Assembly (NCBI GenBank): GCA_045655245.1 | Contig: JAZOOX010000014.1 | Span: 5,056 to 69,055 of the forward strand | Direction of reading: 5' to 3' | DNA from: Clostridia bacterium | GTDB lineage: Bacteria > Bacillota > Clostridia > RGIG8785 | Length of the DNA: 64,000 nucleotides | In this document: piece after piece, positions 55,848 to 64,000 of the stretch | How positions within the stretch are numbered: position 1 is the first letter of the stretch | Layout: every line of letters begins with the position of its first letter | The notes under the pieces: generated by a model | The model's database searches: none | The model's input: only the letters and a program-made list of their open reading frames with translations | What the model was told of the DNA's origin: nothing | Position numbers and translations under genes: made by a program

Positions 55848-57214
55848 TGGATTTAAACCTTACCGTCACCCAAAAGCAAAAGTCCTTTCTGGATGCCACT
55901 GCTGACGAAGTGTTATACGGCGGGGCGGCAGGGGGCGGGAAGAGTTACGGACAGGTAGTGGATGCCTTGGTTTATGCCCTGCGCTACAAGGGCATCCGTC
56001 AGCTGGTGCTTCGCCGCACCTTTCCCGAACTGAAGCGGAGTTTGATTTTAACCTCTCTTGCCCTTTTTCCAAAAGGAGTCTGTCAGTACCAAAGCGCAAA
56101 CCATCGGTTTGTCTTTCAAAACGGCTCGGTCATCGAGTTTGGTTATTGTGACACGGAAGGGGATGTGACCCAGTACCAATCGGCGGAGTACGATGTTTTA
56201 CGATTTGACGAGCTGACCCACTTCACCGAGTTTCAGTACCGTTACTTAATCTCCCGTATTCGTGGCGTCAACGGCCATCCCAAACAGGTCAAGGCCACTA
56301 CCAATCCGGGGGGCATCGGGCACAGTTGGGTGAAAGAACGGTTTATCGGTCACGACGGGGAGTGGACGGCAGAGGATGGACGCACGCGAGTATTTATCCC
56401 TGCCACCGTGCGGGACAACTGTTTTTTAATGTCGTCAGACAGTGGCTACCTCGCCCGTCTGGAACAGTTGCCCGAGCAGGAAAAACGTGCCTTGCTTTAC
56501 GGGGACTGGGACTTGTACGAGGGACAAGCCTTTGGGGAGTTTCGCAACAACCCCGACGGGTATCTCTCCCGCCGCGGCAGTCACGTCATCACCCCTTTCG
56601 AGATTCCGGAACACTGGCGGCGATTCCGCAGTTTTGACTTCGGCTATGCCAAGCCTTTTGCGGTTCAATGGTGGGCGGTAGATGAGGACGGACGTGCTTA
56701 TCTTTACCGACAACTGTACGGGTCCACGGGGAAACCCAACGAGGGGAGGCGGTGGACGGTCAGTCAAATCGGTCAGGCCATTGCCCGTATCGAAGCGGAA
56801 GAAGAACGGGGACGAAATATCACGGGGATTGCCGATCCCAGTATCTGGGACACCTCCCGTGGGGAGTCGGTTGCCGAGATGCTGGAGCGGGAGGGGGTTT
56901 ACTTCGACCCCGGGGACAACGCCCGTCTGGCAGGGAAGATGCAGCTGCACTACCGACTTCAGTTTGATGAAGGGGGCTTGCCGATGCTTTATGTCTTTTC
57001 TACCTGTCGGGACTTTATCCGCACATTGCCCGGGCTGATTTATGACCGACACCGCTCCGAGGACATCGACACCAACGGCGAAGACCACGACTATGATGCC
57101 TGCCGCTACTTTTTAATGGCAAATCCCATTGGAGCAAAACGTCCACAGCCCCGCGGGCATTTCGAGACCGACCCCCTCGACCGAAAAGTATGGGTCATTG
57201 ATTTACCAAAGTAA
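55847..57214 (+). CDS. phage terminase large subunit (PBSX/XtmB-like)
   Basis: Walker A ..YGGAAGGGKSY.., about 450-aa compact terminase with C-terminal nuclease region. Confidence 0.9.
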   Translation: MDLNLTVTQKQKSFLDATADEVLYGGAAGGGKSYGQVVDALVYALRYKGIRQLVLRRTFPELKRSLILTSLALFPKGVCQYQSANHRFVFQNGSVIEFGYCDTEGDVTQYQSAEYDVLRFDELTHFTEFQYRYLISRIRGVNGHPKQVKATTNPGGIGHSWVKERFIGHDGEWTAEDGRTRVFIPATVRDNCFLMSSDSGYLARLEQLPEQEKRALLYGDWDLYEGQAFGEFRNNPDGYLSRRGSHVITPFEIPEHWRRFRSFDFGYAKPFAVQWWAVDEDGRAYLYRQLYGSTGKPNEGRRWTVSQIGQAIARIEAEEERGRNITGIADPSIWDTSRGESVAEMLEREGVYFDPGDNARLAGKMQLHYRLQFDEGGLPMLYVFSTCRDFIRTLPGLIYDRHRSEDIDTNGEDHDYDACRYFLMANPIGAKRPQPRGHFETDPLDRKVWVIDLPK

Positions 57215-57233
57215 TGAAGATAGGAGAAGAAAA

Positions 57234-58757
57234 ATGGAAGAATTTTTCAGAGAAGTGCAACGGGCGTTTAATACTTACGTTGCCGAAAAAGCCGCCATTG
57301 ACAGTGAACTGGTAGATGGTGAGGAATGGTTTAATGATCGTTGTTTTGACGGCGGTCGGGAAGCGGATGGGAGTGTTCGCGGTGCAGGCGGATATGTGTA
57401 TAACATTGTTGCCAACAAGCATGCCGATGCCATGGACCAGATGCCCGCGCCCCTCTTTTTGCCCCGTGAGCAAGAGGACACGATTGCGGCTGAGGAAGCC
57501 TCGCAGGTGTTACCGGTAGTACTGGCACGATGCGGGTTTGAACGCACTTATTCCGACGGCTGGTGGAACAAGCTAAAGCATGGCACTGCCGCCTATGGAG
57601 TTTTTTGGGACAATGCTAAATCGGATATCTGCATTCGTGAGGTGGACCTGCTTAACATCTTTTGGGAACCTGCAGTAGAGGACATCCAGGACAGCCGATT
57701 TTTGTTTATCACTCGTGTGCTGAGCCGTCAGCAGATGGGGGAACTGTACCCCCAACTGTCGCCTGCCGACTATGCCGCTCCCATCAACCTGCGGAGCTAC
57801 GAGCATCGCTTTGACCCCGAACGGGTTTTGGTGGTGGATTGCTACTACAAAGACCGCGGAGTACATCTTTTAAAGTTCTGCGGGGACAAAATCCTGTACC
57901 ACTCTAAAGAGGACAAGCGGTTAAATCGCCGCGGCCTCTATCATCACGGACAGTATCCCATCGTCTTTGACCGCCTGATTGCCAAGCGGGGGACACCTCA
58001 GGGTGCAGGGTTTATCTCTCTTTCCCGCGGGGCGCAGGAGTACATTGATCGCCTGGACAGTTTGCTGCTTCAGAACGCCTTGGTGTCGGGACGGCAACGC
58101 TGGTTTATCAAAGACAACGGCGGCGTGAACGAACAGGAGTTTTTAAACTTTGAAAATGATTTGATTCATGTTGCGGGAAGTCTGGAAGAAACGCACATCC
58201 GTCCCTTCCAGGCAACGGCACTGCCCTCCTATGTGCAGTATTTGCGGGAACACAAGATTTCCGAATTGAAGGAGATTTGCGGCAACCGCGACTTCCAGCA
58301 GGGCGCTACCGCCCAGGGGGTTACTGCTTATTCTGCCATTGCCGCCTTACAGGAAGCGGGGAACAAGCTCAGTCGGGATATGATTGCCGAGAGCTATGAT
58401 GCGTTCCGACAGATCATGCGGCTCTGCCTTTCTTTGGTGGTCCAGTTTTATGACGAGGCGCGGGTTTTCCGTGTAACGGGGGACCAATTCCTAAGCTTTT
58501 CTGCCAAGTCACTGGTACGGGACGGAAAGGAAGTGGAACTGGACATTGAAGTACAGGCACAGAAGCAGAACCCCGTTACCCGCGAAGGACAAAACCAATT
58601 GCTGATGGAACTCTATCGGCTGGGGGTATTCCGCCCCGAGAATGCAACGGCCGCTAAAGTACTGGTCTCCCAGATGGACTTTAACGGGCGTGAGGGTCTG
58701 CTTTCGGCGCTGATTCGTGCCGAGCAGGGCTACCGCAACGAGGAGGCACAGGCATGA
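57234..58757 (+). CDS. phage portal protein
   Basis: About 507 aa directly after the terminase; RBS AGGAGAAG before ATG 57234; size and position fit a portal. Confidence 0.75.
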   Translation: MEEFFREVQRAFNTYVAEKAAIDSELVDGEEWFNDRCFDGGREADGSVRGAGGYVYNIVANKHADAMDQMPAPLFLPREQEDTIAAEEASQVLPVVLARCGFERTYSDGWWNKLKHGTAAYGVFWDNAKSDICIREVDLLNIFWEPAVEDIQDSRFLFITRVLSRQQMGELYPQLSPADYAAPINLRSYEHRFDPERVLVVDCYYKDRGVHLLKFCGDKILYHSKEDKRLNRRGLYHHGQYPIVFDRLIAKRGTPQGAGFISLSRGAQEYIDRLDSLLLQNALVSGRQRWFIKDNGGVNEQEFLNFENDLIHVAGSLEETHIRPFQATALPSYVQYLREHKISELKEICGNRDFQQGATAQGVTAYSAIAALQEAGNKLSRDMIAESYDAFRQIMRLCLSLVVQFYDEARVFRVTGDQFLSFSAKSLVRDGKEVELDIEVQAQKQNPVTREGQNQLLMELYRLGVFRPENATAAKVLVSQMDFNGREGLLSALIRAEQGYRNEEAQA

Positions 58758-59335
58758 GTGAACTTTCTTTGGGCGCAAGAACTGCGGAACCCGCCCACCC
58801 GCAAGACGGTGCAAATACCGAAAGTCCGTCCGCCGTCCGGACCCCGATTCTGGCGTTTTATTCCCAGGACGAAGTCGACCGTTTTATGGGAAAACGTTTG
58901 GGAGAGAGTCGGAAAATCAAAGAGGCGTACGAGCAACTTCAGCCGATGCTGGTACACCTGCGCAAAGAGTATGGCTGTGATAACGACCGGGATTTGGTCG
59001 GGCAGGTGTTAGGTCAGGCGGAAGCAGGCGGCTTACGCTATGGAATCGGCGCCACCACCCCTGCCGACTGGGCGGCGTTGTTACAGGAGCACCCCGATAT
59101 TGACCCTGTTGAGGTCACCGACGACCCGAAAGTCCGTCGGGCAATGCGAGCGGGGTTTAGCCTGTCCGAAGCTGTACGGATTGCCAAACTGTTAAACGAC
59201 GGCGCTGCCCGCCCTGACGAAAACGGGGCGGCACGGCATCGCAGCAGGATTCGGCTGGATATTGAGCGGATGACCGACGCCCAGTTAAACGAAGTGGCAC
59301 GTCGGGTCAGACGCGGAGAACTTGTTCAATTTTAG
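58754..59335 (+). CDS. hypothetical phage protein (scaffold/head-morphogenesis position)
   Basis: ATGA overlap with the portal stop; lies between portal and capsid. Confidence 0.35.
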   Translation: MSELSLGARTAEPAHPQDGANTESPSAVRTPILAFYSQDEVDRFMGKRLGESRKIKEAYEQLQPMLVHLRKEYGCDNDRDLVGQVLGQAEAGGLRYGIGATTPADWAALLQEHPDIDPVEVTDDPKVRRAMRAGFSLSEAVRIAKLLNDGAARPDENGAARHRSRIRLDIERMTDAQLNEVARRVRRGELVQF

Positions 59336-59348
59336 GAGGAATTAAGTT

Positions 59349-60506
59349 ATGAGTAATGTAAACGAAAACATTCAAAGCACCGCCACCTTAAGTGCGGAAA
59401 ACAAAACCTATTACGACAAACGATTGATTCAGTTTGCCAAGCCCAATCTGGTCCACGACCAGTTCGGTCAAAAGCGACCTATCCCTAAAAATGGCGGCAA
59501 AACCATTGAGTTCCGCAGTTTCTCGTCCCTGCCCAAGGCGTTGGTACCCCTGACCGAGGGCGTTACCCCCGATGGCGAAAGTCTGACCGTGGAGCAGATT
59601 TCTGCATCGGTCAACCAGTACGGCTCGTACGTTACCACCACCGATATGCTGAATATGACCGCCATTGACAACATTGTGGTTGAGACTTCCGAGGTCTTAG
59701 GTGACCAGGCGGGAAGAACCTTGGATACTGTTGTTCGCGAATACTTAAACGCCGGTTCTTCGGTTCAGTATGCCGACGGCGAAAAGGATTCCCGTTCCCA
59801 GCTGACTGCCGCTGATACCCTGTCGGTGAAGGCGGTCCAGCGTGCCGTTGCAACCTTAAAAAAGAACAATGCCAAACCTTTTGCCGACGGGTCTTTTGTT
59901 GCCATTGTCCATCCCGCCGTTGCTCATGACCTGATGCGCGACCCCGAATGGAAGGACGTTGCCAATTACAACCCTGCGGAATGGTATGCGGGTGAAATTG
60001 GCCGCATCGCAGGTGTTCGCTTTGTTGAAACCACCGAAGCCAAAATTTTCGAAGCGGAGGATCTGGCAGGATTTGATGACTTGACGATTACGGCAGTAGA
60101 TGCCCAAAATCGCAAGGTTACCATCGCTGAAGAAGTGGATGCATCGGTCATCGGCCGTGAAATCGTCATTAACGGTCTGGACTACACGATCGCAGCTGTT
60201 GACGGTTTTACCCTGACCTTGTCCGAGGTCCTGCCCGCATCGGTTGCCGCTAACGATAAGGTTTACCCCGCCGGCGGCACCTCGGACGGCAGTCCTGTTT
60301 ATTCTACTTTGATTTTGGGTCGTGATGCTTATGGTGTTACCGAGATTACCGGCGGCGGTCTGGAAATGATTGTAAAGCCTTTGGGCTCCGGCGGTACGGG
60401 CGACCCCTTAAACCAACGTTCCACCATGGGCTGGAAAGCAACCAAGGTGGCTAAAATTCTGACCGAAGAGTATATGATTCGCGTGGAGACTACTGCAGCA
60501 TTATAA
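59349..60506 (+). CDS. phage major capsid protein
   Basis: 385 aa, RBS AGGAGG; capsid-like composition and position after the scaffold. Confidence 0.65.
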   Translation: MSNVNENIQSTATLSAENKTYYDKRLIQFAKPNLVHDQFGQKRPIPKNGGKTIEFRSFSSLPKALVPLTEGVTPDGESLTVEQISASVNQYGSYVTTTDMLNMTAIDNIVVETSEVLGDQAGRTLDTVVREYLNAGSSVQYADGEKDSRSQLTAADTLSVKAVQRAVATLKKNNAKPFADGSFVAIVHPAVAHDLMRDPEWKDVANYNPAEWYAGEIGRIAGVRFVETTEAKIFEAEDLAGFDDLTITAVDAQNRKVTIAEEVDASVIGREIVINGLDYTIAAVDGFTLTLSEVLPASVAANDKVYPAGGTSDGSPVYSTLILGRDAYGVTEITGGGLEMIVKPLGSGGTGDPLNQRSTMGWKATKVAKILTEEYMIRVETTAAL

Positions 60507-60554
60507 GAAAGTGGGGGCGGGATACCGCCCCCTGGCACAAAAGGAGGAATTACA

Positions 60555-60884
60555 ATGGCAGAAAAGAAAATTACTGTCAGTTTGACCGCCGAGGAACTGA
60601 TGGCGTTAAAGCAACTGGTCCATAACCCTGAAACTCGCGCGGTTTCGCCCGTTAAGGAACCGGCTGATGCGGTTCGTGCTTACTATGACGAGCCGGTGGA
60701 GATCTATCTGCATCCTTACGGCACCCGCGAATACCTGACCGTAGTGGTCAACGGCGTGACCTATCAGGTGCGCCGCGGGGTCAGTGTCACTGTTCCCCGT
60801 CGTGTAGCACGGGTTATTCGTCAGGCAGAGGAAAATTATCGTCGTGCGCTGGTCTTTGATCGCCGCATGATCGCGCAAGGGTAG
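60555..60884 (+). CDS. hypothetical phage protein (109 aa)
   Basis: RBS AAAGGAGG; head-completion position. Confidence 0.4.
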   Translation: MAEKKITVSLTAEELMALKQLVHNPETRAVSPVKEPADAVRAYYDEPVEIYLHPYGTREYLTVVVNGVTYQVRRGVSVTVPRRVARVIRQAEENYRRALVFDRRMIAQG

Positions 60885-60893
60885 GTGATAAAA

Positions 60894-61934
60894 ATGCAAA
60901 ATTTTTGGTGGAATCGCAAGTTCTATCATGGAAGACCCGAGCCGGACAGTTACAGACTGTCTCGCTTGGAAGAAACCAGCTCGACAACCGCCGAAACCCT
61001 GTCTGCTCTGTCAAAGGCGCAGACTGCGACAGACGCTTTAAACGATGCCCAGGGCAAACTTCTGGGGGAACACACTGCCCTGCTATCCCATCTGACTGAC
61101 ATCGCCGCCTCCACGCAAGAGGATGTGGAGCAGGTTGTGGCAGAATGTGACAGCATCAGTAACGAACTTACTGCCCTGGAGCAGAACGACAATGTGCTGT
61201 CTGCTCGTATCGATGGCATCGAAGAAGCCTGCGCTGATACTTCGGCAGAGCAAGCCACACGGTTGAACCAACTGGAGTCTGCTACTGCTGAATTCCCGAA
61301 AAAACTTACTGTACTGGAAAACAAACTCACGTCTACAAGAGGTGAGGGGATGGGGTACCTCCCCTTTCAAGGTTACGGTTGCACCTGCAATCTATTGGGT
61401 TCGTATCCCGCCGGAGGAGTTACGTTGTTCAGCGAATCATACGATGCAGCCAACCTATATCTGTCACCAATAAATGAGACACAGCTGATAATCCCCCCAG
61501 GGAGTGGGGTCCTTTTCGGATCGATGGATGGTATCAAATTTTCTGATGGAGAATTTGAAGTGATTAACCTTTCCCAGATGCCGATGCTGAAGAAAATAGG
61601 TTTTTGTGACTTTGTGTTTCACGGTCTTGTCATGCCCTCAAAACCTATCTTGTACGAGGTGGTGTTAGAGAGAACTAACGGCGTTACAGTAGATTTACAA
61701 AATCAAACCCAGCTGTTCAACCTGACCATGGTAAATTGTCATGCAAATGTGCGCTTACCCGATACTCTTCCGAACCTGGAATATGTGGTATTGGATAGTA
61801 ATAAAGCGCAGGATGAAGATTTTTTGAAAAAATATCTCTTCGACCGTAGTCAAACTAGCCCCGGACGGGTGTCACTGTCGGGCGCAACGCCTCCCGACTG
61901 GCTGGCAGAACGGAACTGGACGGTGATAGGGTGA
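60894..61934 (+). CDS. hypothetical phage protein: N-terminal coiled coil + C-terminal Leu-rich repeat-like region
   Basis: Heptad-rich N-terminal half (..ALSKAQTATDALNDAQGKLLGEHTALLSHL..), C-terminal LRR-like segment; ATG 60894 after RBS AGGGTAGGTG. Confidence 0.45.
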   Translation: MQNFWWNRKFYHGRPEPDSYRLSRLEETSSTTAETLSALSKAQTATDALNDAQGKLLGEHTALLSHLTDIAASTQEDVEQVVAECDSISNELTALEQNDNVLSARIDGIEEACADTSAEQATRLNQLESATAEFPKKLTVLENKLTSTRGEGMGYLPFQGYGCTCNLLGSYPAGGVTLFSESYDAANLYLSPINETQLIIPPGSGVLFGSMDGIKFSDGEFEVINLSQMPMLKKIGFCDFVFHGLVMPSKPILYEVVLERTNGVTVDLQNQTQLFNLTMVNCHANVRLPDTLPNLEYVVLDSNKAQDEDFLKKYLFDRSQTSPGRVSLSGATPPDWLAERNWTVIG

Positions 61935-62662
61935 ACGTTTTTGCTTTAAAGATTATCCATGATGCCGATGCCCGCATTCCTAACGCCCTCCCTACGGCAA
62001 AGAAACTGGACTGGCTCAACCGCCTGGAAGCCCGTATTCGTTTGGAAATCAAGCGCATCTATGACGAGTACACCCTTACGGTTACCGAGGATAAACCCTA
62101 CCTGCTCCCCGTGTCGGAAGAGCAAATAGAATGGGTGTTTTATAACGGCAACCCCATCCCGAAAATCGACCTTCGTTCTGCCGAAGGGTTGCGGGCGGGG
62201 GAGTACCGATTCGTTTGCCGTAGCCTGCCCGAGCCTCTGACCGATCGAGTGGTGACCGATGAAAACGCCACTTTTTCGGCGGACAGCATCACCTTCTCCG
62301 AGTACCATCCTTTTGTGAAAGGCGATTTTATTGGCATTTCGGAAACGCCAGACAACAATGTTACCGCCACGGTAACCGAAATTGATGGTGTGACCGTCAA
62401 AACGGATTACACCGCCTTTGTTGCAGGGGAAATGCCCGCTACCGTATGCAGTATCAACGACCGTCCCATGGAGATCCCCACTCAGCACCCTTGCTTTGGG
62501 ATATACGAGGAGTATCTGTGTATGGAACTCGCCCGTCACCTGGCGGATACCGAGCGTTTCCGTCTGGCAGAGAGCGCCTTTGCTGCCTTATGGGAGGAGT
62601 ACGCCCGACTCTACCGCCAGACTGCCCCCCAAACCCCCGGGGCAAAAGTAAGGGGGATCTGA
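61931..62662 (+). CDS. hypothetical phage protein (243 aa)
   Basis: GTG start overlapping the upstream stop (GTGA). Confidence 0.4.
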   Translation: MNVFALKIIHDADARIPNALPTAKKLDWLNRLEARIRLEIKRIYDEYTLTVTEDKPYLLPVSEEQIEWVFYNGNPIPKIDLRSAEGLRAGEYRFVCRSLPEPLTDRVVTDENATFSADSITFSEYHPFVKGDFIGISETPDNNVTATVTEIDGVTVKTDYTAFVAGEMPATVCSINDRPMEIPTQHPCFGIYEEYLCMELARHLADTERFRLAESAFAALWEEYARLYRQTAPQTPGAKVRGI

Positions 62663-64000
62663 TATGGCAGAAACCTTACTGGACATCAAAACCTTCGGCG
62701 GGCTGAACTTTAGTCCCAATGCCGAAGCGGGGGAGTGTGCCATTGCCCTCAACCTGGACGATGCCAATGCCCCCGCCTTGCGTACCGCATACGGATTTAC
62801 CGATGAGACGGTAACCGAAACGGGTACTTTTCAGGGTCATCTCATCGAACAGGGCAAAACGGTGATGTCGGTCTTTGACGATACGTTGTATATGGGTCAA
62901 ATGCAATTTCCGTTAGAGCCTTTGGGTGTGCCTCGCAGATTTCTGCGTATCACGCCCAAGGACGTTTTAATCTTCCCCGATTGCTACCGCTACTCCTATT
63001 CCCACGTCGAGTGCGCCCCCTTGGACGAACGCTTTACCTCCGAAGGGACGGCTACTCACGATGACGGCAAAGTGCGGGTGAAATTGACCACCCGCCCGCT
63101 CAGCTCCATCCGTGGTCGGGTCTACCTGGATGATGCGGGGTATACCTATTACGACCCCGAAACCGCCCCGGGTGAATCTCTTTTGTACTTCGAGGTGGAG
63201 AGTTACGACCACGACGGAAGCGGTTGTGCGTTAGTGTTAAAACCTGTCACCAACGGAACCGGCATGTATTCTTATTCGTCGGATAAAGTCAAAGACCGAC
63301 TCACCCTCCGTCAGGTCTATCCCCGCATGGACCATGTAATGATCTTCCGCAACCGGCTCTGGTGCGTGGGCGGAATGGTCCTTACCGCATCAAAACTGGG
63401 TGACTACTTAAACTTCACCGATTTTTCGGGTCTTTCCACCGATAGCTTTTCGATGGAAGTGGAAGAACCCCTAAACGCAATCTCCCACTTTGGAGAACGG
63501 GTGGTCTTTATGAGCAAAACCCACCTCTACGAACTCTACGGCGACCGTCCTTCCAACTATCAGGTCTCAGCTCCGAAATCGGGCGGTTGTACCTACCCCG
63601 ACTCTGTATGTACTGCAGGGGGTTACCTCATCTATGCCGACGATCGCAACCTCTATCGTTATGGTGGCGGGGACCCCCAGGTTACCACCGAACGGCTGGA
63701 TTTCCCCCAATGGACTTCGGTGTTCGGCGTTTCGGACGGCGAATCCTGTTATCTTGGCATCGACGGCCACCTCTATCGCTACCGTCCCAAACGCAATACC
63801 TTTTATGCCCTCGACCGCACCGCCACCCTGGGCATCACCCAACAAAGCACCTGTTTCTTCTATAATAATAAGGGATACTTCTGTCCCAACCGCGAACGGA
63901 CGGGTGAGGTGCACTTCCGTTCGGGTTGGCTCTGCCTGGACAAGCGGGGTCGCGTCGCACCGAAAGAGATTCTGCTCCGTATTGACGGTGCGGTAGACGA
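62663..64000 (+). CDS. hypothetical phage structural protein (partial, 3' end outside window)
   Basis: Open frame from ATG 62663 (MAETLLDIKTFGGLNFSPN..) to the window end (over 445 codons) with no stop; absent from the ORF track, presumably because it is incomplete. Confidence 0.5.

Larger units (their letters stand above)
55563..64000 (+). mobile_element. phage-like DNA-packaging/head module (prophage, remnant or phage-derived particle locus), continues beyond the window
   Basis: Contiguous small terminase-like, PBSX-type large terminase, portal, scaffold-like, major capsid and further structural ORFs with overlapping start/stops; begins directly after a host GH35 gene. Confidence 0.75.

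Noticed and set aside
1-64000. CRISPR arrays, rRNA and tRNA genes
   Set aside because: Scanned the repeats: the hairpin family and the 24-bp palindrome are irregularly spaced and palindromic, not CRISPR-like. No cloverleaf-compatible 70-90-nt segments or rRNA-like conserved stretches were noticed in the intergenic regions.

Overview
This 64-kb window reads as core chromosome from a spore-forming Firmicute, probably Clostridia, flanked by two accessory regions. The taxonomic call rests on the spoIIAA-spoIIAB-sigF, spmA-spmB and cwlJ-gerQ operons, an SLH-domain surface protein, an AbrB-type regulator and a ctsR-mcsA-mcsB-clpC operon, on moderately GC-rich DNA judged by eye. Nearly all genes are on the + strand.

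Core content, in order:
- the tail of the ribosomal alpha-operon (rpsK, rpsD, rpoA, rplQ) plus rpsT
- cysK, sfsA, and a DUF1538 membrane protein paired with a tandem P-II-like protein
- two promoter-to-terminator structured RNA candidates in tandem
- an aldo/keto reductase and a PutP-like symporter
- cwlJ-gerQ on the minus strand, then an orphan Na+-decarboxylase beta subunit with a gamma-like micro-ORF and an attenuator-like leader
- folC, the sigF operon and prmA
- a locus holding an ABC exporter, an S24/S26-type peptidase, a secreted protein behind a consensus promoter, and an SLH protein
- immediately downstream, a RiPP-like cassette: a PqqD-like recognition protein, a radical-SAM/SPASM enzyme, an HPr-kinase-like P-loop protein, and a 53-aa peptide missing from the ORF track that ends in Ser
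- metY, a THUMP RNA methyltransferase, the ctsR/clpC operon, a yceD-like gene and rpmF
- the AbrB-like regulator, spmAB, an Asp23-family gene, a methyltransferase and a flavodiiron-rubredoxin fusion
- a small toxin/immunity-like cassette with an XRE regulator, flanked by inverted copies of a repeated hairpin
- rsmE, rpsB and tsf
- the dcw cluster (mraZ, rsmH, ftsL, a PASTA-domain PBP, murE, murF, mraY, ftsW, murG), which ends at a YpsA/SLOG gene rather than ftsQAZ
- typA and a GH35 beta-galactosidase
- from 55.6 kb, a phage-like packaging and head module: small and large terminase (PBSX type), portal, scaffold-like, major capsid and further structural ORFs, running off the window end.

The strongest candidate for an undescribed system is the cassette at 20.9-23.5 kb (PqqD-like, rSAM/SPASM, HprK-like kinase, short acidic two-Cys precursor with a C-terminal Ser). 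Other points worth a second look:
- a 24-bp perfect palindrome in three copies
- a four-copy hairpin family; two copies carry an identical promoter-like box, upstream of the toxin cassette and upstream of the phage terminase
- the tandem sRNA candidates
- a possible riboswitch/attenuator ahead of oadB
- the phage module starting directly at a host gene junction

I found no rRNA, tRNA or CRISPR arrays. All calls come from reading the sequence and translations; no database search was run.
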